Source: Obrimoposthia wandeli (Eukaryota). Taken from it: DNA of 64,000 nt. The position numbers and the translations under genes were made by a program. The stretch lies in assembly GCA_977020255.1 (NCBI GenBank), contig CDROCS010000316.1, forward strand, positions 62,001 to 126,000, written 5' to 3'. Each line of letters starts with the position of its first letter. Within the stretch, counting starts at the first letter, position 1. Positions 50,900-61,660 of the stretch are shown here, one piece after another. The notes beneath the pieces are model-generated. The model did no database searches, was not told the origin of the DNA, and worked only from the letters and a program-made list of their open reading frames with translations.

Positions 50900-52200
50900 A
50901 AAATGTCAATAAAAGAAATGTGTAAAATAATGATGTTATTGGTAATATATTTTACAATAAAAAGTAACCTACTGAAAGTAAACGCAATAAACCTGAATGA
51001 AAATCAATTAATAGTAAAACAAAAAACAAATAAATACGACTAATCAACACATCTCATAAAATATATTTGGATTAATTACAATAATACCTGAAATCACATC
51101 AATAAAGTTAAAAATATCACTCTTTACAACAAAATTAGGAAGAATTCAGATAATACAATCTGAAAAAAATCAAATCATAAATATTTACAAAATTGAATCA
51201 AAAAATTATATAATACAATTTTTAAGAACAGAAACACAATACAAAATAAGAGTTAAGTCGAATTTAAAAAATATAGCACTTTATGAAAGAATTGTAGGAA
51301 CGCATATATATTTAGCTTCAATATTAAAAACGACAGCAAATTATATAACAAAACATCAATCATGATAAAATGAGAATTTCAACTTAAAATAGATAACTTA
51401 GATAAAGCCCTCATTAGAATTAGATATATAGGACATAATGCTCATTTGTGAAAAGACACAGATAAACAATTAAAAAAATCACAAATCAGAACAAATCTAA
51501 CTATAAAAATATAAGATATTCAGAAAAAATAATTATGGATAATAGAGAATGTGTAATCACTAATAAACCAATGATGTACAATGGGGACAAAAGTTTGATA
51601 TTTGTAGAAATCTAACAAACTAATTGATTTTAGGAAATAAAATATCCAAATTATATCAACCTACTATTTTTTGTGGCCATTAGTCAGTAATTACAATTAA
51701 GAAATATATCAAAGAAACAACCATAAAACAAATACATCATACTACAACATTCAAAACAAAGACTTATGAAATCACAAATCAAATTAATATTACAGAAAAT
51801 ACAAAAAATTAAAACTACAGAAACAATACCATATAAATCATTTAATGGAAGTCTAAAATACACTATGGTAAACAAAAATACTCAAAAATATAAATAACAA
51901 AGAAATTTTAGTAACAATCATAATAATTAAAATATTTACATTAATCATAAAATAACATGGAAAGTCATTAAAGTAAAAAATAACACAATTTTCAAAAAAC
52001 ATTATCGAACTAAATATTTTGAACCTCCTGGCGCATTTATAACATCTATCATACCAAGCTCTTCAAACTCATCTAACGTATCAATAAAAACAATAATTGA
52101 AAACAATAAACAGAAAAGAAAAAAATCTTTATAAAATTTTCACACAGAAAAAACATGTATTAACGTACTAAAATAAAAATTATTCATAAATAAAGTAATT
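50900..52200 (+). pseudogene. Possible decayed third (env-like) ORF of the gypsy element
   Basis: Hydrophobic start MCKIMMLLVIYFTI after the integrase, and late hydrophobic ILVTIIIIKIFTLII; same A-rich strand bias; heavily broken. Confidence 0.3.
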
Positions 52201-52287
52201 ATAATGTAGATAAATGAAAGTGCGTATGTGTTTAATTTAAATTGAAAATAGTAAAAGTAAACTTAAAACTTATTAAAATTTTAGAAA

Positions 52288-52596
52288 TGAAAAATTCAAA
52301 AATAGTACAGAATAACCTAAGAAGATATAAGAAGACAGAAGAAATGGGAAAAGAAATTGTTGATAAAAAATATAAATCTGAGATCGCATCTGAAAGACAA
52401 GGAAATGGAATGTGAGCGAGAGAATAATGCTTTTGGCGTTGCAATCGAAAGATTAGAACATAGCCAAACAAACAAGGAATTATTAGTACGACGACTCAGA
52501 GAAGCTTTAAACTCTCTTGTATCATTGAGATCAGTAATAAATCGATTAATGGGATTTCAACCTGGAGAAAGCGATGATTCCGGGTGTGAAAATTAG
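52288..52596 (+). pseudogene. Coiled-coil ORF with one frameshift
   Basis: KEMECERENNAFGVAIERLEHSQTNKELLVRRLREALNSLVSLRSVINRL heptad-like pattern. Confidence 0.4.
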
Positions 52597-53072
52597 TAAA
52601 ATTCCCAGTGAGTAAACTAAAATATAAATTAAAAGAAAATTGATAATGATTTTGAGCTCATGACTTGGAAAGAAAATATATTTAAAAATATGTATTAAAA
52701 ACAAATAAAACGAATATATTTATATAAATATGTATATATTGATATTGATAATAAAAGTAACAAGAATATGTCGTAAAGAATGAAAAATTTATATATTATT
52801 TATGTACCTGTTTGATTAAGCGTGTTACATCGAAAAACTAAAAAGATTTATAGACTTCTGATAAACAAATAGAGACAAATAAACTGACACGAACATTTCA
52901 TTTATATAACATTTGACAATTTTTATATTTGCATTTAAAATCAACATAATTTTTACTATATCTGTATACCCTACAGATGTAACCCACAAGTACAAATTCT
53001 CATTTGAACTGGCAGGTTGTGCCGCGGGGTAAGAGAGAAAAGCCAGTATAATTAACAGAACAACTTCCGGAA

Positions 53073-53971
53073 ATGGCAAAAATGGCTAAGTTTCTTTATG
53101 GAAAAATAAGGCAGTTTGAAACAAGGTATTTCCATAACCATTACGGAATAAAGATTTTTGAAAATCATACCCAGCTCCCAAATAACATCAAATTAAGAGA
53201 CACCCTTAGACAGAGTGTAATTCTCAACAAAATTGCAAAAAACCAACAGAACAAAGACTGTTTGAAGTGATGAGATTCTTGCCAACATACATTGACATTG
53301 AGATTCACGTAGCAAAATACCGTGGAATTTTAAAGCACAAGAGAAGCAAGCATTTCTTAGTCCTTTTCCTACAAAACCACTCTTACTGGTTGATGAGACA
53401 TCAAATAACACCCGATTTGATGATTCGTTTATCAGGTGGACATAATATATTATTCATAGAACAAAATGTGCGACATAGTCTTGTTCAAGTCTGCCATTTG
53501 AATATCACCGCCAACAATCCTCAAATATTCTTTGTCGATTGTGAAATGGTAGTAAAAATGAATAAATAACCAACCCTTGCCAGCATTACTATAATGAACG
53601 AAAGCGGACAAATCGTTATGGATACAAAATGCAATAGCGGAGACAAAATCAGGAATTATGTGACAAGAATAATGGACCTCAACGAACGTAAGTTAAGAAA
53701 CCAACCTGATTCTGTCGAGGTATTACCACAAGTTCAGTCCTTACTAAGAGGCAACATTTTCTTAGGAACGGGGATAACTAACAACCTCAAGGTATTAGGA
53801 CTACAGAAAACCGATTTTTCGTACACGGTGGACCTAGGAGCAACACAGACCATTCGGTTAGAGATGAATTGTAGAGAACAAGCTGGACTCACTCGAATGG
53901 TCTCGTGGTATTTCAATAAGGAAATACAAAAAGATACCCACTCTAGCCTCGTGGACACACAATGGACCTGA
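53073..53971 (+). pseudogene. REX4/REXO1/ISG20-like DEDDh 3'-5' exonuclease, intronless, with a frameshift near 53250 and a stop at 53567-53569
   Basis: FFVDCEMV (Exo I), LASITIMNESGQIVMD, IRNYVTRI, QVQSLLRGNIFLGTGITNNLKVLGL (Exo II-like), FNKEIQKDTHSSLVD (Exo III). Confidence 0.85.
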
Positions 53972-54078
53972 CACGTTTTCCTCCATATAGAGCAAGAACT
54001 TATAGAATAATTATTTTTATTAACGTCCGAGATCTGACTTAATTTACCCCTATAGGATTGTTGGGCTTTTAAATTAAC

Positions 54079-54242
54079 TAATTTATGTCAATTTAAATTG
54101 ACATTTTTACTGAGGTGCCCACAGTCAGGGAGGTATTCGTTATCATCCTCCGACGGGATAAATCCGTTTTGGCCTGCCTTGGCCTCATCAGGGAGGTGGC
54201 TAAAATGTCAGAGATAAGTCTGACAAAAAAGTAAAGCGGTTT
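54079..54242. repeat. 164-bp direct repeat, copy 2
   Basis: Matches 41351-41514; contains the perfect 20-bp palindrome ATGTCAATTTAAATTGACAT (54085-54104) and hairpin TGTCAGA-gataag-TCTGACA. Confidence 0.97.
54147..54196 (-). ncRNA. Type I hammerhead ribozyme fold, G12A variant, copy 2
   Basis: Identical to 41419-41468. Confidence 0.8.
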
Positions 54243-55091
54243 GGTTATCAGGTACGATTTTACGATATTTAAAGTATTCAACCTCAATTTAGGAAAAGAT
54301 TTTTTTAAAGTCTTATACTTTTTGCATCCATTTCATCTAAAACATAAAAAATTCCATTTTCAATATCAAAATTAGATGTTATTGTATCGAAAATATGTAT
54401 TTCACAAAAAGCCTTATGTCCTTCTTTCCATTTTAATAAATGAAAATAATTAGTTAGATATAAATTAGTAAATTTTTTCTTATAATCTAAACTCCTAAAC
54501 GGGATATATATTTAAAATATGAAATGCAGTGGATGAAAAACGTCGCATACATCCATAATACATAATTATTTTATAATATAATCACCATTTTTGTTAATGA
54601 AAGCCTCAAAATCGATTTATTCCAGCATAATTATCTAAATTTGCAGCAAATCCCGTTGTTTATAACGAAAATAATCATTAATCAAAAATTTATTAAAATA
54701 ACAAAGTACTCAGTCTTTCATGTTAAGATTGGTATATATTGTCAATTCTCCTATGAATATTAAAATAAATTATATTAAATGTAAACATACCTAAATATTT
54801 CGAAATTAAATTACATAATTTATATCCAACAATTTCCTCAGTATCATTTTCTGAAAAGTAATTTTTTTTATAATCTTCCATTAAATCTGGAGATAATTTT
54901 ATGTATAATTTATTCCAATTTTTATTATCTATTTTACAAAAACATTATATATAAAATTGTTTATATTTAGTATGTTTATGTAAAATATTTAGACAATTAT
55001 GTAACCTAATCAATAAAGACAAAATAATAATCAAAAAATTAATTTCCAATTTAATCTGGAGGATTCTTTTTCTTGCTGCTCGCCGAATATC

Positions 55092-55340
55092 CTACATCTC
55101 TTCTCTTCTCTTTTCATCCACCTTCCTTTTTTCCAATTCGATCTTCTTATTCCACTCCACGATTCGACGTCGTTCTGCTAGCCTCCTATCTTGTATCTCC
55201 ACCCGACGATTCCACTCGGTCGCGACAGCAGTATACAGATTCTGATTGAGGACCCTCTTTCTTAAGTCCCATTTCTTCTCATTTATTCTGATGTTTGCTT
55301 CAATCTTCGTTACCAAACTTTGCAATTTAATGAATTCCAT
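55092..55340 (-). CDS. 82-aa highly charged coiled-coil ORF
   Basis: TEWNRRVEIQDRRLAERRRIVEWNKKIELEKRKVDEKRREEM; locally GC-richer than its flanks. Confidence 0.5.
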   Translation of the reverse strand: MEFIKLQSLVTKIEANIRINEKKWDLRKRVLNQNLYTAVATEWNRRVEIQDRRLAERRRIVEWNKKIELEKRKVDEKRREEM

Positions 55341-55503
55341 TTTTTAATTATGAAGAGGTTAATAAATTTGAACCTATATATATAAATTTAGGACATTTTT
55401 AATCCAATCACAGTCGAATAAATTAACTAATTTGTTTCATCTTGATATTTTAATAAATTTAAAGATGGTATTTAAATAAATATTAACAAGAAAACATATT
55501 AAA

Positions 55504-56769
55504 CTAATTTTTATAAATTATATTCTTAAACATCTTTACGAAGTCATCATTGGGATCATCCGGATCGAAATCCCTCCGACTAAGTATTAATGAAGAAAGC
55601 GGTACTGGTTCCTTCTTTGGCCAGCCCGGTTTCTTTTTCGGCTTCACCGATTGCTTTGTAGCAATTATCCTTCCCTCAGGTTTTGGCAATAGTTGCCGCA
55701 ACATTTTGGGAGGAGGTGCAGCCGATGTTGAGGGCCCCGACATAGAAGTCCTCTTCCGTGGGGCTTTCTTCTGTTTCTCCTTCTTCTCACGCTGAAGCTG
55801 GCGTGAGATGGCATCCTGTTGCCCTCGCAGATCTGGAAACATTGCCGGTGTATCCAGTTCCGCCAGTTCATCCAATCCAGCTTCATCCCAGGCCCTCTTC
55901 AAGTTCTGGCTGGTTGTTGGAGATGCAGTCTCCCAAGCCCTGGCCAAATTTGATGTCTCCTGTAGGCGTCGTTGACTTGACGGTGGACTAATCTTGACCG
56001 GTGAGACTGGAATCCTCTCGTATAGAATTGGCCCGTCGTCCATTGGAGATGGGAGAATCTCCTACCGTCCAATCACGGCCTCAGAATAATGGCCAATTGA
56101 GGTGCTACATTTTCTCGAGCGCTTCGTCTTCTTCACCTCTGCTCGCTTCGTCCGTTTCTTAGGAAAAGGAGTAATTTCTCCCCATTTCTCCTCAATTATC
56201 TGGACGGGTTCCTGCAAAATATTAATAAAATTTAAACATATAAATATTTTACCTCAATGACGGGCAGGTTAGCCTGTTTCACCAACTTGGCCTTCTTCAG
56301 AGTGTGGGTTTTGACCCGATGGCGTTGCGGTTTCTTAACTGCCGCTTGCTTCCTATCCACCGGTTGAATAGGCGTCGCCTCTTCGAGAAAGTTCTCCATC
56401 TATGTGAATTATTAAATTTAATATCTAAATAATTTACCTTAAAATTATCTGGAGACGCTAGGTATCGGAGCTGACTCCTTGGCAGCTCCTGGCCGCAATG
56501 ACTCGCCAAGTACTGCGGTTCTATGAGCCTATCCGCCATGGACACTGATGGTGCCAAATCAAGTTGAAGTTTCTGAAAATGAAATTAAAAAACATTTAAA
56601 ATAAATGATGTCTAACCTCATTCGTCGCTTTTATTCTCCTAACAGGAGATTTCGGCCTTTTGAATGGTTCAGGCGTTGTATTATCCGCTTTCGGAGTAGC
56701 AGAGGGAGTGAGACCATCCCAATCGTCGGTGAACAGGTGCCACTTGTCCTCGTCCAATTCTGCCACCAT
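55504..56769 (-). CDS. Spliced 4-exon basic Pro/Lys/Arg-rich protein of about 380 aa with one in-frame TAG
   Basis: Exons 56769-56617, 56572-56438, 56399-56253 and 56211-55504; GT-AG introns of 44, 38 and 41 nt, all phase 0, keep the frame; TAG at 56064-56062. Confidence 0.75.
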
Positions 56770-56967
56770 CTTACAAGATTAGTTATATTATCCAACATTA
56801 CAAGAATTACAGTCTTACAAAATAAGTAATATTATCCAACTTTACATTAGGATAAAGAAAATTAAAAAAGTTAATTAAATTTAAATAGCATCAAAAAAAG
56901 TATCAATGATGCATTAATTTAGTAATTATTAATTAAGGTAAAATCAAAAGATTTAGCATACATTGTC

Positions 56968-57460
56968 AGTAGGTAGATGTGGCACTTCTGGAACTAAGCC
57001 CCCCCTAGCAAAAACTCAATTTTTTTTTTGAAATTTGCGCGAAATTTTGAAAATGTAGATCAACATTTTTAAAATTTGCGCAAAATTTAAAAAATGTAGG
57101 TCAAATTTTTTGAAATTTGCGCGACATTTTTTGAATTTTACACGAAAACTTTTTGAAATTCGCGCGAAAATTTTTGAAATTTAAGCGAAATTTCAAAAAT
57201 ATATATATATAAATTTATTATTTTTTATGTCAGATGTAGGTCAAGGTCAAATTTCTGCAGAGTACACATGATTTTTTTTAAGGTCAAGGTCATGACGTCA
57301 TAAGACAATGTATTTATTTAAACTAAATTATCTACTTATAAAATTAAGTATTATAAAATTTGATAAATATGTTTAAACTAAATTAAATTAAACTAAATTA
57401 AACTATCTACTTATAAAATAAAGTAGTATATAATTTGATAATCATGTTTAAACATTCGTG
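56968..57460 (+). repeat. Terminal (TIR) region of Polinton 2
   Basis: 5'-AGTAGG start; repeated aaatttgcgc(g/a) units; AGGTCAAGGTCA repeats; TGACGTCA palindrome near 57294. Confidence 0.7.
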
Positions 57461-57624
57461 TATCTATCTAACAAAGACAGTCACGTACTGCATTTATATT
57501 GCAAAAAACCTGCAACTTTATGTAAATACCAATAATCATAAAATAAAGACAAGAATTTCTGAGACATATATTCCTTAAAATCACAAAGGAGAGTAAAAAT
57601 ATATACAAACACATATAAAAAAGT

Positions 57625-60560
57625 TTATACAACATCGTGCGGGTATAAAAATTGACCATAGGCGACTGATTGGTTTTTCTCCACCCACTTGCGTTTATCA
57701 TCGCTACTGCTTAAGGCAATTTTACTTAACCTTACAGTAAAAAGTTGATGATTTAGCGAGCTTATACGTTGTTGTTGTACACACTCGCTAACGTCACTCT
57801 CATATATGGCTAAGTAAATAGAGTGCCTAATACTTGTCTGCCGGAGACTAATACCTTTGGCTCTCATCTGAGATTAACCTTCTGTAGTCTCTAGGCTATA
57901 TGATTTTGGACGTAGAAAAATCCCTTGCCTATAGCTAAATAATCCCTTGCTCTCATCTTTAAATTTTCCTATCGCTGTATTAAGCGTCGTATAAAGCGGA
58001 TGGGTTTTTGGAAATTTCGAGGTATCCAACAGTCCATCAGCAATCATAGCAATCATTCAGATTCTTGAACATTTACATTATTACACTTCAAGAAAAAGCT
58101 ATCAGTGTCACCCGCTATAATTCTAATGTCGCATTTAAATTGAACTCGATATTTCTCCAACTTCTCATATTGTAGCTCATACATACGAAGTTTGCTTAAA
58201 TCTAATACTGCCTGGCCCATATAACTAGGACGATCCAAAACAATATTTTCCTTATCCAGTAGAACTGCAATAAGGTCCGTATCGATTTCGATTGTACTAA
58301 GAAAGTGGGCTTTACTGCAATAGGTAACCAGCTTCTGTGGAGTATTACAAATCCGGAGGTTAATTCTTTTCATCAGATTCTCAATGAGTTTTCCAAATAA
58401 AGAATTCATCAGATGATGCAGGAAGACCGAATGTGTTAGAGGAGTCACACCCAGGTTTTCCACAAGTTTTTCAAGTCCGCTGTTCAAAAATTGAAGGGAA
58501 TCTATAAAGCGTATACAGACTCCTCCAATATACACCACCATAGCCTGAATTTTCTCTGTTGATTAAGGTATAACACATACATTCCAGCCAGGAAACTTGC
58601 AAAGTGCGTGTTTCAATATGTGATGCATGTCATAACCCATCAGATTATGAAAAATGACGGGAAAAAGATCGATTAAGTCTCCTTGATAAGTTGCATTTTG
58701 CATGTGCTGCTCCCAGGTATTCGCCAATAATGTGATCATGATCTCGAACTTTCTTTGTGAGTTTCTTCTTACACAGGTAACAGATTCTTGCGGCATTGAA
58801 ACTCGATTGTGTACCCTGTCGTAGCTGCAACGGGAGACATGAGCATACCGGCCGAGATTGGAAGCTGAATCTGATGGTGGATTCCATGCGGCGGTAGCAC
58901 AGTCTCAAAGTCCGCATAAACAGCAAAAGGCGCAGAAATTGTTTTTGAAAAGTCCTTAAACTCAATATGCTTTTCTGTAGGCATTGAATAAAGTGTTGTA
59001 TGATCTAAATTCATCCTACAGAGCGGAACGTGTTTGGCGTAACTTATTGGACTCCGGAACCCATGAAGACACTTATGACACCAAGTACACTGGATGCGAT
59101 TAGATACACCTTTGTTCCTATAATTAAGCAGCCTATTGAGTTTAGGAATAGCGACATAATGAAAATTATCATTATTTTGTAAAAGGAGAAGATTGATTGC
59201 CTTAGCGTCCGGGTTTGTGGTTCTGTAAATGATATCCACATAGGAATTTTTGAAGATATTCCTATCTGTTTGCACATTAGAGAACCTATTGAATGTAAAT
59301 ACGTTGATTGAGAGAAATGGATTCTCTCTCTCAAATCGCGGTATATTACATAGACGCATCGGCATCTCATTCTCATCAAAAACTAATTGACTCAAAAGGG
59401 CATCATATTGCTTAACACGCTGAGGATTAGTGCGAAATACTTCACGGAAAGGTATAGATAAGATACTATAAAGGAAGCAAAAAGTGTAAGAGTTCTGCAC
59501 ATTGATAACGCAATGTGAGAGTGCTAACTCAGATGGAGTAGGTATATAACTACTCCCCTGGAGATAGTTCATTGTTGTTGTTTTAGTCACAACAAACGAA
59601 ATCTCCAGGAAGCGGTTCATTACCCAATTACTGCTACTTTGGGAATAATTTTCAATCTTCTTGTTGATTCCATCTACTCCCGCATCTATAAACCCCTCAT
59701 CTATGGGGAGCCCTCTATTGAAAAAATTCCAAGCGCATGTTTCTCCAATATTGGAAAATTCAACATGCACGCTGAATTGAACCTTGCAAGTCGCAAACTT
59801 GCTGACAGTGTCCCTTAAGCTAGTCAAAAGTGATACAGGAACTTGTAAATCGATGACATTGTCATTAGAAACATATAATGACAATGTCTCAATCGTGCCC
59901 TGAAGACTAGTCTTACGCTTAACAGCATTAACCCTGGACAACTTCGCAACAGAGCTACCTGAAGTGGGCATAACACTTCTCTTGTGGGTAGAAGCTGGTA
60001 ACGATGCAGGGATCATACCAACTGGAGGAGGCATAACTTGAAGCATAGTAGAGGGTGCAGCAGATGATGGAGAAGCAATTGGCGCAGCAATTGGAGAAGT
60101 AATTGATGCAGCAACTGTGGCAGCAGCAATTGGAGTAGATAATGGAGCAGTAACTGGTGCAGCAATTGGGGCAGTAACTGGGGACGAAGCAGTAACTAGC
60201 GAAGAAGCAACAACTGGTGAAGCAACTGGAGCAGCAACCCGATCTTGAGAAATAGTAGCAGGAGAAGCAGTCATGTGAGATCTATCCTGGAAGATGGCCT
60301 TCTTGCCACGTTGCTGGAAATGGCGAAGATGGACACGATGAGGCGCTACAAACTCTACCCAATCAATCTCCTCCGCGGAGAGACATACTTGACATACGTA
60401 GAATTGATGTCCATTGAACTTCTGTCCAAAATAGCTCTTCATTTTCCAGTCACATTTCTTGTGACTCTCATCGAAACATTCATATGCAATTATTCAATTA
60501 TTCATATTGCAATTCTACAAAGAAAAATAATGAATATAGAAATAACAAGAAACTTACCAT
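57625..60560 (-). pseudogene. polB: Protein-primed family B DNA polymerase with N-terminal extension; frameshifted and internally deleted
   Basis: GSSYIPTP..VINVQN..CFLYSIL; YADFETVL; CYLC..RDHDH..GAAHAKCN; FHNLMGYD; FIDSLQF; LMNSLFGK; AGDTDS; GKFKDE; LRPKSY; AKGI; DDKR. Confidence 0.93.
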
Positions 60561-60710
60561 TTTCAATTTCGTTTATAATTGAGAGTTATTTGTAGATTGA
60601 TGCTTGCTTATATACTATTTTCGAGCTAGTATTAAGCCAATCAGATTCATTCCTTATTTAAACTAATCTGATTCATTTATTATTTAAAACAAATCAGAAT
60701 AGAAAATAGT

Positions 60711-61215
60711 TTACTGAAAGATGTGAGTAGTTGATTTTTCATTAATATTTAAATAATCCAAACTAGCTGCAAAGCATTTCTTGTATGCATAATGCTCTCC
60801 ATGTTTAATATATAAACAATTGATATTTGATGGATTTAATTGTTTTAATGTTTTCGAGTAATTTATCACTCTAAATTCAGGAAAATATTTATTGATTGTC
60901 TTTATTTTAGCTCCATTATACTCATCCAAAACAAAGAAAATTGATTTGGATACATCACAACAACGTTTAATTTCCTCAGTTATTTCTTGTATCTTGAAAT
61001 AACTATTACCATCAACTAGTTTTAGTCGATGGTAATGCTTAATGAGATATATATTTTTCTTGATTTTCTATTCATCATACTCCATATAGTTTGCATTTTA
61101 AAAACATAATGTTTAGGATAGAAGATTGCATCCAGATTCATTATACATAGTTCTTTTATTACAAATTCAGTATTATTATCAATAAAAGTTTCAAAATCAA
61201 TAAAATAAACATACG
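60711..61215 (-). pseudogene. Polinton accessory DxE (DEDD-like) protein
   Basis: YFIDFETFIDNNTEFVIKELCIM..HYVFK..HYHRLKLVDG..C-terminal NCLYIKH..KKCFAA; frameshift. Confidence 0.7.
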
Positions 61216-61249
61216 TTTTTTATAGCAATAATTTTATTTGATATTGTTT

Positions 61250-61560
61250 ATATATATTGTTTATGCTTTAACCAAAGCAGACAGAGTTGTCCACATGACT
61301 ATGTTAAAACATTTTGATAATGTTTCTTACTAAAATGTACTTTCTTTCCAGAGTCAAGTACTGTAGATACTAATTTAGAAGGGTAATATATCCCAAAGGG
61401 GTCAAAAACAAAGATTTCATTTTCTTTAACATGTATTGCAATCCAATGTTCACCACGCAAATTAGATGAATGTGTATTGATTACATATCCACCTAAACGA
61501 GTCAAAGAAGGGATGTGATCAAGACTGTAGACTCCATTGAAACGCGAACCGAGTAGTTTT
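61250..61560 (-). pseudogene. Adenain-like protease with a stop just before the catalytic Cys
   Basis: FNGVYSLDHIPSL..INTHSSNLRGEHWIAI..FDPFG..YQNVLT*SCG. Confidence 0.9.
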
Positions 61561-61660
61561 CTTCCATTTTTTTATCTCGTCCGAACTAGAATATATATAT
61601 TAATTAATAAATTCAAACTGACTTACTTCATTTATATCTTCTTTATTGTTTTCATTCTGT

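Noticed and set aside
51655-51670. acctact as the right terminus of a Polinton
   Set aside because: Only a 7-nt match inside A-rich gypsy sequence, with no TIR similarity or TSD
41351-54242. The 164-bp repeats as LTRs of the enclosed gypsy element
   Set aside because: No TG..CA ends at the repeat boundaries, no TSD, PBS or PPT adjacent, and the repeat is more than 2 kb from gag
60245-60595. 116-aa plus-strand ORF
   Set aside because: Antisense to the pPolB 5' region; no motif
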